IMG/VR virus record: IMGVR_UViG_3300025570_000011
Span: 6,190 to 70,189 of that record
DNA from: a virus
Lineage: Duplodnaviria > Caudoviricetes
Strand: one strand, 5' to 3'
Length of the DNA stretch: 64,000 nucleotides
The translations under genes and the position numbers were made by a program. Positions within the stretch are counted from its first letter, which is position 1, and each line of letters opens with the position of its first letter. The notes under the pieces are model-generated. The model did not search any database. It had not been told where the DNA came from and was given only the letters and a program-made list of their open reading frames with translations. Positions 7,961 to 15,316 of this stretch are shown here, in pieces.

Positions 7961-9625
7961 ATGATTGATAACGAATTAAACATCGATTGGCTTAATAAAG
8001 ATTCTCGTAAATTTCTTGAAAGAGGTTACTTAATTGAGGGCGAAACACCAGAGCAAAGGATGCGTGATATTTCTACTCACGCTGAAACACTTTTAGGTAT
8101 TAAAGGGTTTGCTCTTAAATTTGAAGATTACTTACATAAAGGATTTTATTCTCTTTCGAGCCCTATTTGGAGTAACTTTGGAAGAACTCGTGGTTTACCT
8201 ATTAGTTGTTTTGGATCTTATATTGAAGATACTCTTGAATCTATAACAGGCCATAAGCTTGCTGAAATCTCCATGATGACAAAACATGGCGGAGGAACTT
8301 CTGCTTACTTTGGCGCATTACGTGGACGAGGAGCTAAGATTGGTGAGGATCAAGGGACAAGCACAGGAGCCGTTCACTTCATGGAACTATATGATAAGTT
8401 GATGAATGTCGTATCACAGGGAAATGTCCGTCGTGGATCCTTTGCGGCATACCTTCCAATTGATCATCCAGATGTTGAAGAGTTTCTTAAGATTAGAAGT
8501 GATGGTCATGAGATTCAAGATATGTCAATTGGCGTTTGTGTATCAGATGACTTCATGAAAACAATGCTTGAAGGCGACAAAGAGAAACGTCGTATCTGGG
8601 GATTGGTTATTAAGAAACGTTTTGAAAGTGGTTATCCATATATCTTCTTTACGGATAACGTAGAAAATCAAAAACCACAAGTTTATAAAGATAAAGATAA
8701 ACGCATCCACGCAAGTAACCTTTGTAATGAAATTTACTTAAGCACTGATAAGGATGAAAGCTTTGTGTGCAACCTTAGTTCATTGAACTTAGAAAAATGG
8801 GATGAGATTCAAGAGACTGACGCTATTGAAACACTGATCTATTTTCTTGATTCGGTAATGACAGAGTTCATTGATAAAACTGAGGGTATGCCATTTATGG
8901 ATTGCGCTAGAAGGTTTGCTAAAAACCAACGAGCTCTTGGATTAGGCGTTCTTGGATGGCATAGTTATCTTCAATCTAAAATGATTGCATTTGAAAGTCT
9001 TGAAGCTCAATTACATAATACTCAGGTCTGGTCAACAATTCGAACAAAAGCTGATAAAGCTACTGCCGAACTTGCTGAGATATATGGCGAACCTAAACTG
9101 CTTGAAGGTTATGGTAAAAGAAATTCAACGACATTGGCGGTTGCTCCAACAACTTCTTCTAGTTTTATTCTTGGACAAACAAGTCCAAGTATTGAACCAC
9201 TTAATAGTAATTACTTTACAAAGGATTTGGCTAAGGGTAAATTCACATATAAGAATCCACATCTAAAAGAACTATTAAGGCAAAGAGGTATGGATACTCT
9301 TCAAGTTTGGAAAGATATCTTGGAGCATGGTGGATCTGTTCAACATATTGAAGGATTAACCGAAGAAGAAAAGGACGTGTTTAAAACGTTTGGAGAAATT
9401 AGCCAAAGAGAAATTGTTCTTCAGGCGGCTCAACGCCAACAATTTATTGATCAAGGACAAAGTTTAAATATTATGATTCACCCTAAAGCGAAACCTAAGG
9501 ACGTAAACGAACTAATGATATTTGCATGGGAGAATGGGATTAAAGGTATGTACTATCAACGAAGTGCAAACCCTGCTCAGGAACTAGCTAGATCGTTGAT
9601 GACATGTAAAACGTGCGAAGGATAA
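7961..9625 (+). CDS. nrdA: Ribonucleotide reductase class Ia alpha subunit (short, no N-terminal ATP cone)
   Basis: PISCF, GGGTS, SQGNVRRG, SNLCNEI, CNLSSLN, APTTSSS, IDQGQSLN, KGMYY, C-terminal CKTCEG. Confidence 0.95.
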   Translation: MIDNELNIDWLNKDSRKFLERGYLIEGETPEQRMRDISTHAETLLGIKGFALKFEDYLHKGFYSLSSPIWSNFGRTRGLPISCFGSYIEDTLESITGHKLAEISMMTKHGGGTSAYFGALRGRGAKIGEDQGTSTGAVHFMELYDKLMNVVSQGNVRRGSFAAYLPIDHPDVEEFLKIRSDGHEIQDMSIGVCVSDDFMKTMLEGDKEKRRIWGLVIKKRFESGYPYIFFTDNVENQKPQVYKDKDKRIHASNLCNEIYLSTDKDESFVCNLSSLNLEKWDEIQETDAIETLIYFLDSVMTEFIDKTEGMPFMDCARRFAKNQRALGLGVLGWHSYLQSKMIAFESLEAQLHNTQVWSTIRTKADKATAELAEIYGEPKLLEGYGKRNSTTLAVAPTTSSSFILGQTSPSIEPLNSNYFTKDLAKGKFTYKNPHLKELLRQRGMDTLQVWKDILEHGGSVQHIEGLTEEEKDVFKTFGEISQREIVLQAAQRQQFIDQGQSLNIMIHPKAKPKDVNELMIFAWENGIKGMYYQRSANPAQELARSLMTCKTCEG

Positions 9626-9626
9626 T

Positions 9627-9824
9627 ATGACAGACAAATATAGGTGCATCAAGTGTAAAATTTCATATGACGTCTTTTGGGACGATCACGCTGAGATCTA
9701 TTATTCAGGAGTAGAAGACACCGACGAAGACATCAATGACTTAACCGAATGCCATGAACCTGAGCATTGCCCATTCTGTGGATCTCACCTTCATGACGAT
9801 ATGGTTGGTGATTTTGATCAATAA
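9627..9824 (+). CDS. Small zinc-ribbon protein
   Basis: CxxC...CPFCG. Confidence 0.65.
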   Translation: MTDKYRCIKCKISYDVFWDDHAEIYYSGVEDTDEDINDLTECHEPEHCPFCGSHLHDDMVGDFDQ

Positions 9825-9886
9825 ATGCATTTTCCTCTTATTTTAAGGAAAGCTGGGGTATAATATCCCAATATTTTTTGGTCTTC

Positions 9887-9980
9887 AAACCCTTATTCTA
9901 AGGGAGTTGTAGAGTAAAATGTGCATTTTGTGAATTATTTTATTTACAAATGTGCCTTTTTATGGTATAATATAACTACA
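9887..9980 (+). repeat. ~95 bp early-promoter cassette, copy 1 (copy 2 at 50151-50245)
   Basis: Shares AAAATGTGCATTTTGTGAATTATTTTATTTACAAATG...TTTTATGGTATAATAT and an upstream AAACCCT..TTCTA.GGG element with copy 2. Confidence 0.85.
9943..9971 (+). promoter_or_regulatory. Strong early promoter TTTACA-N17-TATAAT with extended -10 and AT-rich UP element
   Basis: TTTACA 9943-9948, TGGTATAAT ending 9971; heads a small-ORF island. Confidence 0.8.
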
Positions 9981-10017
9981 GAGAGGGACACCAACCAACC
10001 CGATCAACCACCACAAA

Positions 10018-10242
10018 ATGTACAAATATACTTACACCGAACATCAGCAGAATCCCCCTTCACTTGGAGGCGATTGGGAATGCGGCACAGAGACCGTCGT
10101 CTGCTTCTCAAAAAGCCCAAAGAAGGCATGCAGCCTTAAGGGTATCGTTTCCCGCAAATTCGAAGGCACCTGCGGGTGTCCAATCATGGCCTACGAAAAG
10201 CTGGAGTTCAATGGCAAGGTGATTTTCGATCGCGATCACTAA
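10018..10242 (+). CDS. Early hypothetical protein
   Basis: First ORF after promoter; noticeably GC-richer than the genome. Confidence 0.6.
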   Translation: MYKYTYTEHQQNPPSLGGDWECGTETVVCFSKSPKKACSLKGIVSRKFEGTCGCPIMAYEKLEFNGKVIFDRDH

Positions 10243-10256
10243 TAACCAAAACGACC

Positions 10257-10337
10257 ATGATTCATATAGCCGAACTTTTTACCGCCATTCTCATCCTCGC
10301 CGCATCATTCATCTTTTTGATCGCCTGCGCAGCCTAA
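10257..10337 (+). CDS. Small hydrophobic peptide (26 aa, MIHIAELFTAILILAASFIFLIACAA)
   Basis: Read manually; single TM-like segment in the early island. Confidence 0.45.
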   Translation: MIHIAELFTAILILAASFIFLIACAA

Positions 10338-10357
10338 CTACAACCAACCAATATATT

Positions 10358-10606
10358 ATGACAACAAAACCAAATCGCACTCACTGCTACAGATTTACTG
10401 TAGAGATGGACAATGAAGAAGATATGAAATCTCTGGCTACGTTCAGAAAATCATTCTATGGGACTAACCAATATGTAAAATGTCAAGGCCGTTGGGGTGA
10501 GAATAACCCCAATTATAAAAGAAGCTGCAACTTCCTAGGACAGACGCGATCGTTCTGCCCAGTTTCACTTGCCTCACATTGCGACGTTTACGTTTACTTT
10601 CGATAA
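10358..10606 (+). CDS. Early hypothetical protein
   Basis: ORF track; AT-rich leader AATATATTATG typical of this genome. Confidence 0.6.
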   Translation: MTTKPNRTHCYRFTVEMDNEEDMKSLATFRKSFYGTNQYVKCQGRWGENNPNYKRSCNFLGQTRSFCPVSLASHCDVYVYFR

Positions 10607-10609
10607 GAC

Positions 10610-10696
10610 ATGAATTTAATAAGAATCACCCTTATGACGATAGTCTGCGCCATCTTTTGGTACTGGGTAGTAAGATTAATATTACTAATTTTTTAA
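10610..10696 (+). CDS. Small hydrophobic peptide (28 aa, MNLIRITLMTIVCAIFWYWVVRLILLIF)
   Basis: Read manually; fills the gap exactly between neighbours. Confidence 0.45.
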   Translation: MNLIRITLMTIVCAIFWYWVVRLILLIF

Positions 10697-10697
10697 G

Positions 10698-10913
10698 ATG
10701 AAATCAATAATATTACAAAAACTATTAACTGAGTTTCCTCACTCACAGAATGTTGAAATCGACGGAAAGGTAAAGAGTATCCCAGAACTAACTGAGGAAA
10801 ACTTTTGGACCTTAATTAAAAGCCACAACGAACTTATTGAAAAGTTCAATTACGCTATTCACAATTTAAATACAGAGTGTAAAGAACTAAGAAATAAACT
10901 AAATCAAAAATAA
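10698..10913 (+). CDS. Early hypothetical protein
   Basis: ORF track. Confidence 0.55.
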   Translation: MKSIILQKLLTEFPHSQNVEIDGKVKSIPELTEENFWTLIKSHNELIEKFNYAIHNLNTECKELRNKLNQK

Positions 10914-10930
10914 AAACCATTAATTATATT

Positions 10931-11149
10931 ATGAAAAAAACAACCAGCGCTAAATTCGAAAAACTGAAAGCCAATATTGCTAAACTTGAACTTCAAAAGG
11001 GAGATAAAACTAACTTTGGCTCAGTTATTAAAGTAGGCGAAACAGGAATCACTTTTAAGAATACATACTCACCAAAGACAAGAATCATGTTTATCCAACG
11101 CAAGTTTGGAAGAAACGAATATGTATTGAATGACCTAATTAAACTTTAA
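10931..11149 (+). CDS. Early hypothetical protein
   Basis: ORF track; AATTATATTATG leader. Confidence 0.6.
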   Translation: MKKTTSAKFEKLKANIAKLELQKGDKTNFGSVIKVGETGITFKNTYSPKTRIMFIQRKFGRNEYVLNDLIKL

Positions 11150-11151
11150 TT

Positions 11152-11325
11152 ATGAAAGAAACAAATTACACTACAAACATTAAGGCCGGTGATTCTGTGA
11201 TGGTTAACGGTATGCAAATTATCGTTAATGAGAATTGCGGAAACGGCTGCTTTTATGGAACAGATTGTGATGGCGATGAGATCGAATTCGCCACCGAAGA
11301 AATCTTAGCAGTTGTTCCAGATTAA
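11152..11325 (+). CDS. Small acidic hypothetical protein (57 aa, not in ORF track)
   Basis: MKETNYTTNIKAGDSVMVNG...VVPD*; fills the gap. Confidence 0.55.
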   Translation: MKETNYTTNIKAGDSVMVNGMQIIVNENCGNGCFYGTDCDGDEIEFATEEILAVVPD

Positions 11326-11334
11326 TATAATAAT

Positions 11335-11532
11335 ATGGAAAAGATAGAAGAGCTAAAACAAAAGTATATTTTTGACCGTTTGGAATGCCTTAAGTGGGAT
11401 TCAAAATATTACAAATATAAAAACACAAAGCTATCATCAGAGCTTGAAAAGAGCGAAGCTAAGCTCGTTGATATTTTAAAAGAGATTCGTGAACTTGAAA
11501 GTCTCCGTGTTAGACCAAAGAAAAATAAATAA
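11335..11532 (+). CDS. Hypothetical protein
   Basis: ORF track. Confidence 0.5.
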   Translation: MEKIEELKQKYIFDRLECLKWDSKYYKYKNTKLSSELEKSEAKLVDILKEIRELESLRVRPKKNK

Positions 11533-11535
11533 AAA

Positions 11536-11604
11536 GGGGGTGTAAAAGAATTCGACGCTAGTTTCGGCTAACGGACCCGGGCGCGATACCCGGCACCTCC
11601 ACCA
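11536..11604 (+). ncRNA. Miniature tmRNA (tRNA-like domain only, no mRNA-like domain)
   Basis: GGGGGTG/CACCTCC acceptor stem with G3.U70, A discriminator and encoded CCA; tmRNA-type stemless D-loop ending ATTCGAC; short P2 capped by TTCG; GGAC then T-arm CCGGG-CGCGATA-CCCGG. Confidence 0.8.
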
Positions 11605-11612
11605 TTTAAAAT

Positions 11613-11651
11613 AAAACACCCGCACTGGTTTAATTCAGAGCGGGTGTTTTT
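11613..11651. terminator. Bidirectional intrinsic terminator
   Basis: AAAACACCCGC...GCGGGTGTTTT inverted repeat between convergent transcription units. Confidence 0.8.
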
Positions 11652-11664
11652 CTAAATGTATATC

Positions 11665-12018
11665 TTACTTAAGGTTTGGCTCGTCTTTTTCTGTTGAGTA
11701 TTCTGCTAAAAACTCTCTTAATTCATTAATGTCATTTGCGTTTAAGCTCATGAATGTTCTTCGAGCCGAACCAGATGTGCGGCTTTCACTAACCTTTTCA
11801 ATCTCTAAACATTTACGAGTGCCTAACTTTGATTCCAATTCATCAGGGCCAATAAATTCAAGAAGCTTAAATGTGGAGTTTGCATGTGTTCCTCCATCTT
11901 CCCATCCAGCCAATTCGGTTTTTTCAAGCAGAACCTTTGCTTCTTCTTTAATGGGTTTACCCTCAAGAATCGCCTTAGCCGCATCTTCAAGCCTTTTGTT
12001 TTTATTTGATAGATTCAT
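11665..12018 (-). CDS. Putative internal head protein, MNLSN-leader family member 3
   Basis: Leader MNLSNKNKRLEDAAKAILEG shared with two neighbours; body paralogous to C-half of 12357-12785. Confidence 0.6.
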   Translation of the reverse strand: MNLSNKNKRLEDAAKAILEGKPIKEEAKVLLEKTELAGWEDGGTHANSTFKLLEFIGPDELESKLGTRKCLEIEKVSESRTSGSARRTFMSLNANDINELREFLAEYSTEKDEPNLK

Positions 12019-12021
12019 ATA

Positions 12022-12360
12022 TTAAATTTTTTCTATTGAAGTAATGTTTGGATAGTTTGGTTTATTACTTAGAACTACTTTAACTTTATCTCCTGCTTTA
12101 TACTTCTTGCTAAGCTTTGGATCAAAACCGAATTCGGCTTTCATACCGCTCTTGTTTTTCTTGTCATACCCTTTGAAAGTCATAACCCAGGCTTTACCAA
12201 ACTTACCAGGCGATCTTTGAACTTGTGAAACGCTAGAAATTGTAAGATCCAATTCCTTTCCGAGATTCTTATTAAGAAAATCATTATGAATAATTGCATT
12301 CTCACTCATAATTGCCTTTGCCGCTTCTTCAAGACTGTTATTTCTATTTGATAAGTTCAT
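12022..12360 (-). CDS. Putative internal head protein, MNLSN-leader family member 2 (possible OB-fold body)
   Basis: Leader MNLSNRNNSLEEAAKAIMSE; unrelated beta-rich body (YKAGDKVKVVL). Confidence 0.55.
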   Translation of the reverse strand: MNLSNRNNSLEEAAKAIMSENAIIHNDFLNKNLGKELDLTISSVSQVQRSPGKFGKAWVMTFKGYDKKNKSGMKAEFGFDPKLSKKYKAGDKVKVVLSNKPNYPNITSIEKI

Positions 12361-12785
12361 TTGATCTTATTTAAAAGTTTTTGTAGAACGTCAACGTCAG
12401 ACATATTAAGTTCAATATACTTTTTGCCAATTGTAATTTGTACCATTTTACGTGTACCAATTTTATCTTCAAGATCCTTTGGACCAGCAAATTGTGTTAG
12501 TTCAGCATATTCATTGGCAGTTCTTCCGCCACTAGTCCAAGCTTTAATTTTAGTAGCTTCATCAAGTTCAACACCTTCTTTAATCTTTTTACCTTTAAGC
12601 TTCATTAAAACTTTAATGATAACCTTTGGCCCAAAGCCCGCTTGCATTAGAGCGTTATTAATATCTTCCCAACGATAGGCGTCACCGTTAACTTCTTGAA
12701 GAGTTTCTTCAATTTCAATAGTGTTGCCTTCGAGAATTGCTTTAGCAACATTTTCTAAAGCTTCATTTTTATTTGATAGGTTCAT
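12357..12785 (-). CDS. Putative internal head protein, MNLSN-leader family member 1
   Basis: Leader MNLSNKNEALENVAKAILEG; minus-strand late promoter at 12824-12831. Confidence 0.6.
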   Translation of the reverse strand: MNLSNKNEALENVAKAILEGNTIEIEETLQEVNGDAYRWEDINNALMQAGFGPKVIIKVLMKLKGKKIKEGVELDEATKIKAWTSGGRTANEYAELTQFAGPKDLEDKIGTRKMVQITIGKKYIELNMSDVDVLQKLLNKIK

Positions 12786-12823
12786 TGTTTATTATATTTA
12801 TGTATAGTTAATTTATGTATAGT

Positions 12824-12831
12824 TATTTATA
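12824..12831 (-). promoter_or_regulatory. Late promoter TATAAATA (minus strand)
   Basis: TATTTATA on plus strand upstream of 12785. Confidence 0.6.
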
Positions 12832-12835
12832 AAAG

Positions 12836-13210
12836 CTAATCCTTTTCAGCATCTGCAGCTTCACGAGTTTTCTTTGACATTTTTATTGCCCAATCAACAC
12901 CAGGATCGCCACCCCAACCAAGCCAGGCCATATATCCATTATCTGTCCATGGGCGGTCTTTCTTTTCAGGGGAAATTTTAGAGTTTTTTCTATGCCTATT
13001 AAATGATGCCATTCTTTTTAATATATCATAAGAGATCTCATCTCCATCAGCAAGTTGGCGAGCTCTTACCCATCCAGTGCGAGTCATTGCTTTAACTTCA
13101 TTGGGGTATTTCTCTTTCCACTCAATAGCCTTTTTAGCTGCTGCAACTGCTCCAGCCGGTGGTTGAAACTTTTGTTCTTCCTCTTTGATAAAATCTTTAA
13201 ACGGGATCAT
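12836..13210 (-). CDS. Conserved phage head-associated domain protein with capsid-targeting-like leader
   Basis: MIPFKDFIKEE leader; TGWVRARQL...RMASFNRH...GYMAWLGWGGDPG motif seen in many phage head-module proteins; late promoter at 13219-13226 (minus). Confidence 0.6.
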   Translation of the reverse strand: MIPFKDFIKEEEQKFQPPAGAVAAAKKAIEWKEKYPNEVKAMTRTGWVRARQLADGDEISYDILKRMASFNRHRKNSKISPEKKDRPWTDNGYMAWLGWGGDPGVDWAIKMSKKTREAADAEKD

Positions 13211-13247
13211 ATTAATGTTATTTATAATGTTGTATATATAAATTAGA

Positions 13248-13658
13248 ATGTGGTTATATAACGATAAAGAATTTACAACTGAGATGATCGAGGATTATGT
13301 TGGATTTGTTTATCTAGTAACTTTCGATAATGGAATGAAATATATCGGAAAAAAACGGTTTTGGAGTAAGGTGACTCGTCCTCCGTTAAAAGGAAAGAAA
13401 AGAAAGCGCAGATCTTTAAAGGAATCTGATTGGAAAACTTACTGTGGATCAAGTGAAGCTGTTAAAGAATTAATAGAAGAGAATGGCTTAGATTCTGTCA
13501 AAAGAGAGATACTGCACTTATGTAAAGGAGCAGGAGAACTCTCCTACATGGAAACAAAGGAACAATTTGATAGAGAAGTTTTATTACGCGAGGATTATCA
13601 CAATGGCATAATAAGTTGCCGTATTCATCATTCTCATGTGAAAATACTGAAACAATAG
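13248..13658 (+). CDS. GIY-YIG family endonuclease-like protein
   Basis: GFVYLVT...KYIGKK, Y.GSS, conserved Glu and YHNG. Confidence 0.7.
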   Translation: MWLYNDKEFTTEMIEDYVGFVYLVTFDNGMKYIGKKRFWSKVTRPPLKGKKRKRRSLKESDWKTYCGSSEAVKELIEENGLDSVKREILHLCKGAGELSYMETKEQFDREVLLREDYHNGIISCRIHHSHVKILKQ

Positions 13659-13660
13659 TA

Positions 13661-13689
13661 TTTACAAAGCCTCAATTTTAGTATATAAT
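13661..13689 (+). promoter_or_regulatory. Early promoter TTTACA-N17-TATAAT
   Basis: Upstream of rnh. Confidence 0.75.
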
Positions 13690-13715
13690 ATTATTAATAA
13701 CAAAGTTAACCATAT

Positions 13716-14585
13716 ATGATAATTATCGACTTCTCAGCAATATCAATCGCCTCCGTATTTTCTCAACCAGCAAATACTTTAGATGAATCCATGATTCGCC
13801 ACTTTATTCTTAATTCATTAAGGATGTATAATGTAAAATACAGATCAGAATATGGCGAGATGGTTATTGCTTGCGACCATAGAAGCTGGCGCAAATCGGT
13901 TTATCCAGAATATAAAGCGGCCCGTAAGAAAACCAGAGAGAAAAGTAATATTGATTGGACAGAAGTTTTTGGTATGATTGATAAAGTAAAACAAGAGCTT
14001 ATAGAGTTTTTCCCTTATCCTGTGGTTCATGTTAATGGTGCAGAAGCAGATGATATTATTGCTACACTTGTTGAAAGCACTCAGGAGTTTGGTAAACATG
14101 AAAAGGTAATGATTGTTAGTTCTGATAAAGACTTTATTCAATTGCAGAAATATTCAAATGTTAAACAGTTTAGCCCAGGCCAAAAGAAAGCAGTTACCGA
14201 TCCTTCTCCTGCGATGTATTTGTTCGAGCATGTTCTTAGAGGCGACGCTGGTGACGGCGTTCCAAACGTTCTATCAAGCGATGATACTTTTGTTACAGCA
14301 AAACGCCAAACTCCTTTAAGTAAAGTTAAGATTAAAAAATGGCATGAAGAATCAAAGACTAAAGATCTAAAAGATGTCCTTGACGAAAATACATATAGGA
14401 ATTACATACGTAACCAAACTATGATTGACCTATCAAAGATTCCCAGCGAAGTAGTGCAAGATATCCAAGCCGAGTATCAAAAAGAAGAAAACCAAAAAAA
14501 TGATAATTCAAAGATACTGAATTATCTAATTCAAAATAGATGCAACCAGCTCGTAAATTGTGCTGATGAATTCTTTATAAAATAA
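13716..14585 (+). CDS. rnh: T4-type RNase H / 5'-3' exonuclease
   Basis: IIIDFS, SWRK..YPEYKAAR, EADDIIA, SSDKDFIQL, GDAGDGVPN. Confidence 0.92.
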   Translation: MIIIDFSAISIASVFSQPANTLDESMIRHFILNSLRMYNVKYRSEYGEMVIACDHRSWRKSVYPEYKAARKKTREKSNIDWTEVFGMIDKVKQELIEFFPYPVVHVNGAEADDIIATLVESTQEFGKHEKVMIVSSDKDFIQLQKYSNVKQFSPGQKKAVTDPSPAMYLFEHVLRGDAGDGVPNVLSSDDTFVTAKRQTPLSKVKIKKWHEESKTKDLKDVLDENTYRNYIRNQTMIDLSKIPSEVVQDIQAEYQKEENQKNDNSKILNYLIQNRCNQLVNCADEFFIK

Positions 14586-14595
14586 TATAACAACT

Positions 14596-15057
14596 ATGAA
14601 AAACCAAACATCGAAAAAATTTGTAACTCGTTTACCGTATGAAACTCTTGAAAAAGTTCAGGCGGCTAATAATGTTAAAGATCGAGTTAAAATCCTACAA
14701 GAAGACGCAACTTTTGCTTTGAAGACAATTCTTCAAGTTAACTTTAGAGAAGATATTACTTTTGATTTTCCAGAAGGAGCGCCTCCTTATAAGAAAGATG
14801 AAAGCAATGTCCCTGGGCAACAATATAGATCTATTGAAAAATCAATTTCATCATTAAAAAATCTAGTAGCACAAAATAAACGAGTTCCTACTTTTAAAAA
14901 AGAAGCAGGCCTTATTAGATTATTGGAATCAGTTCATCCAAAAGATGCAGAGATTCTAATTGCAATGAAAGATAAAGATCTTAAAAGTCTATATAAAGGT
15001 ATTACTTTGTCAACAGTTCAAAAGGCATTTCCTAATTTAAAGTTAGTTGCAGAATAA
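14596..15057 (+). CDS. Conserved T4-like hypothetical protein
   Basis: PEGAPPY...LLESVHPKDAEILIAMKDK pattern typical of the gene following rnh in environmental T4-like phages. Confidence 0.65.
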   Translation: MKNQTSKKFVTRLPYETLEKVQAANNVKDRVKILQEDATFALKTILQVNFREDITFDFPEGAPPYKKDESNVPGQQYRSIEKSISSLKNLVAQNKRVPTFKKEAGLIRLLESVHPKDAEILIAMKDKDLKSLYKGITLSTVQKAFPNLKLVAE

Positions 15058-15058
15058 T

Positions 15059-15316
15059 ATGACATATGAATATACATGTTTAAGCTGTGAAGAACGCTGG
15101 GATGCTCGTTATCCTGTAGATGATAGAGATATCCCTTTAAGCGAACCTTGCCCAAAATGCGGAGTTGAAGGACAGGTTAAAAGAGTTCCAACCGCGGTTC
15201 GTGTTTCATATGAAGGTTTTCAAAGCCCTATTACAAGAGCTGGTGGAGAATGGAATGACGTGCTTAAATCTATTAAAAAGGGAGCAGGTAAAAAATCCAC
15301 TATTGAAACTAAATAA
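15059..15316 (+). CDS. FmdB-like zinc-ribbon regulatory protein
   Basis: TYEYTCLSC...CPKCG, W.DVLKSIKK; start moved to ATG 15059. Confidence 0.7.
   Translation: MTYEYTCLSCEERWDARYPVDDRDIPLSEPCPKCGVEGQVKRVPTAVRVSYEGFQSPITRAGGEWNDVLKSIKKGAGKKSTIETK

Noticed and set aside
6956-9625. Introns, inteins or homing endonucleases in nrdA/nrdB
   Set aside because: Both frames are continuous and of compact length
9921-10139. ORF-track 72-aa ORF
   Set aside because: Starts inside the promoter cassette and overlaps the better-supported ORF 10018-10242
11536-11604. Conventional tRNA-Ala or tRNA pseudogene
   Set aside because: No D-stem and no 7-nt anticodon loop; flanking motifs (ATTCGAC, GGAC) are tmRNA-specific
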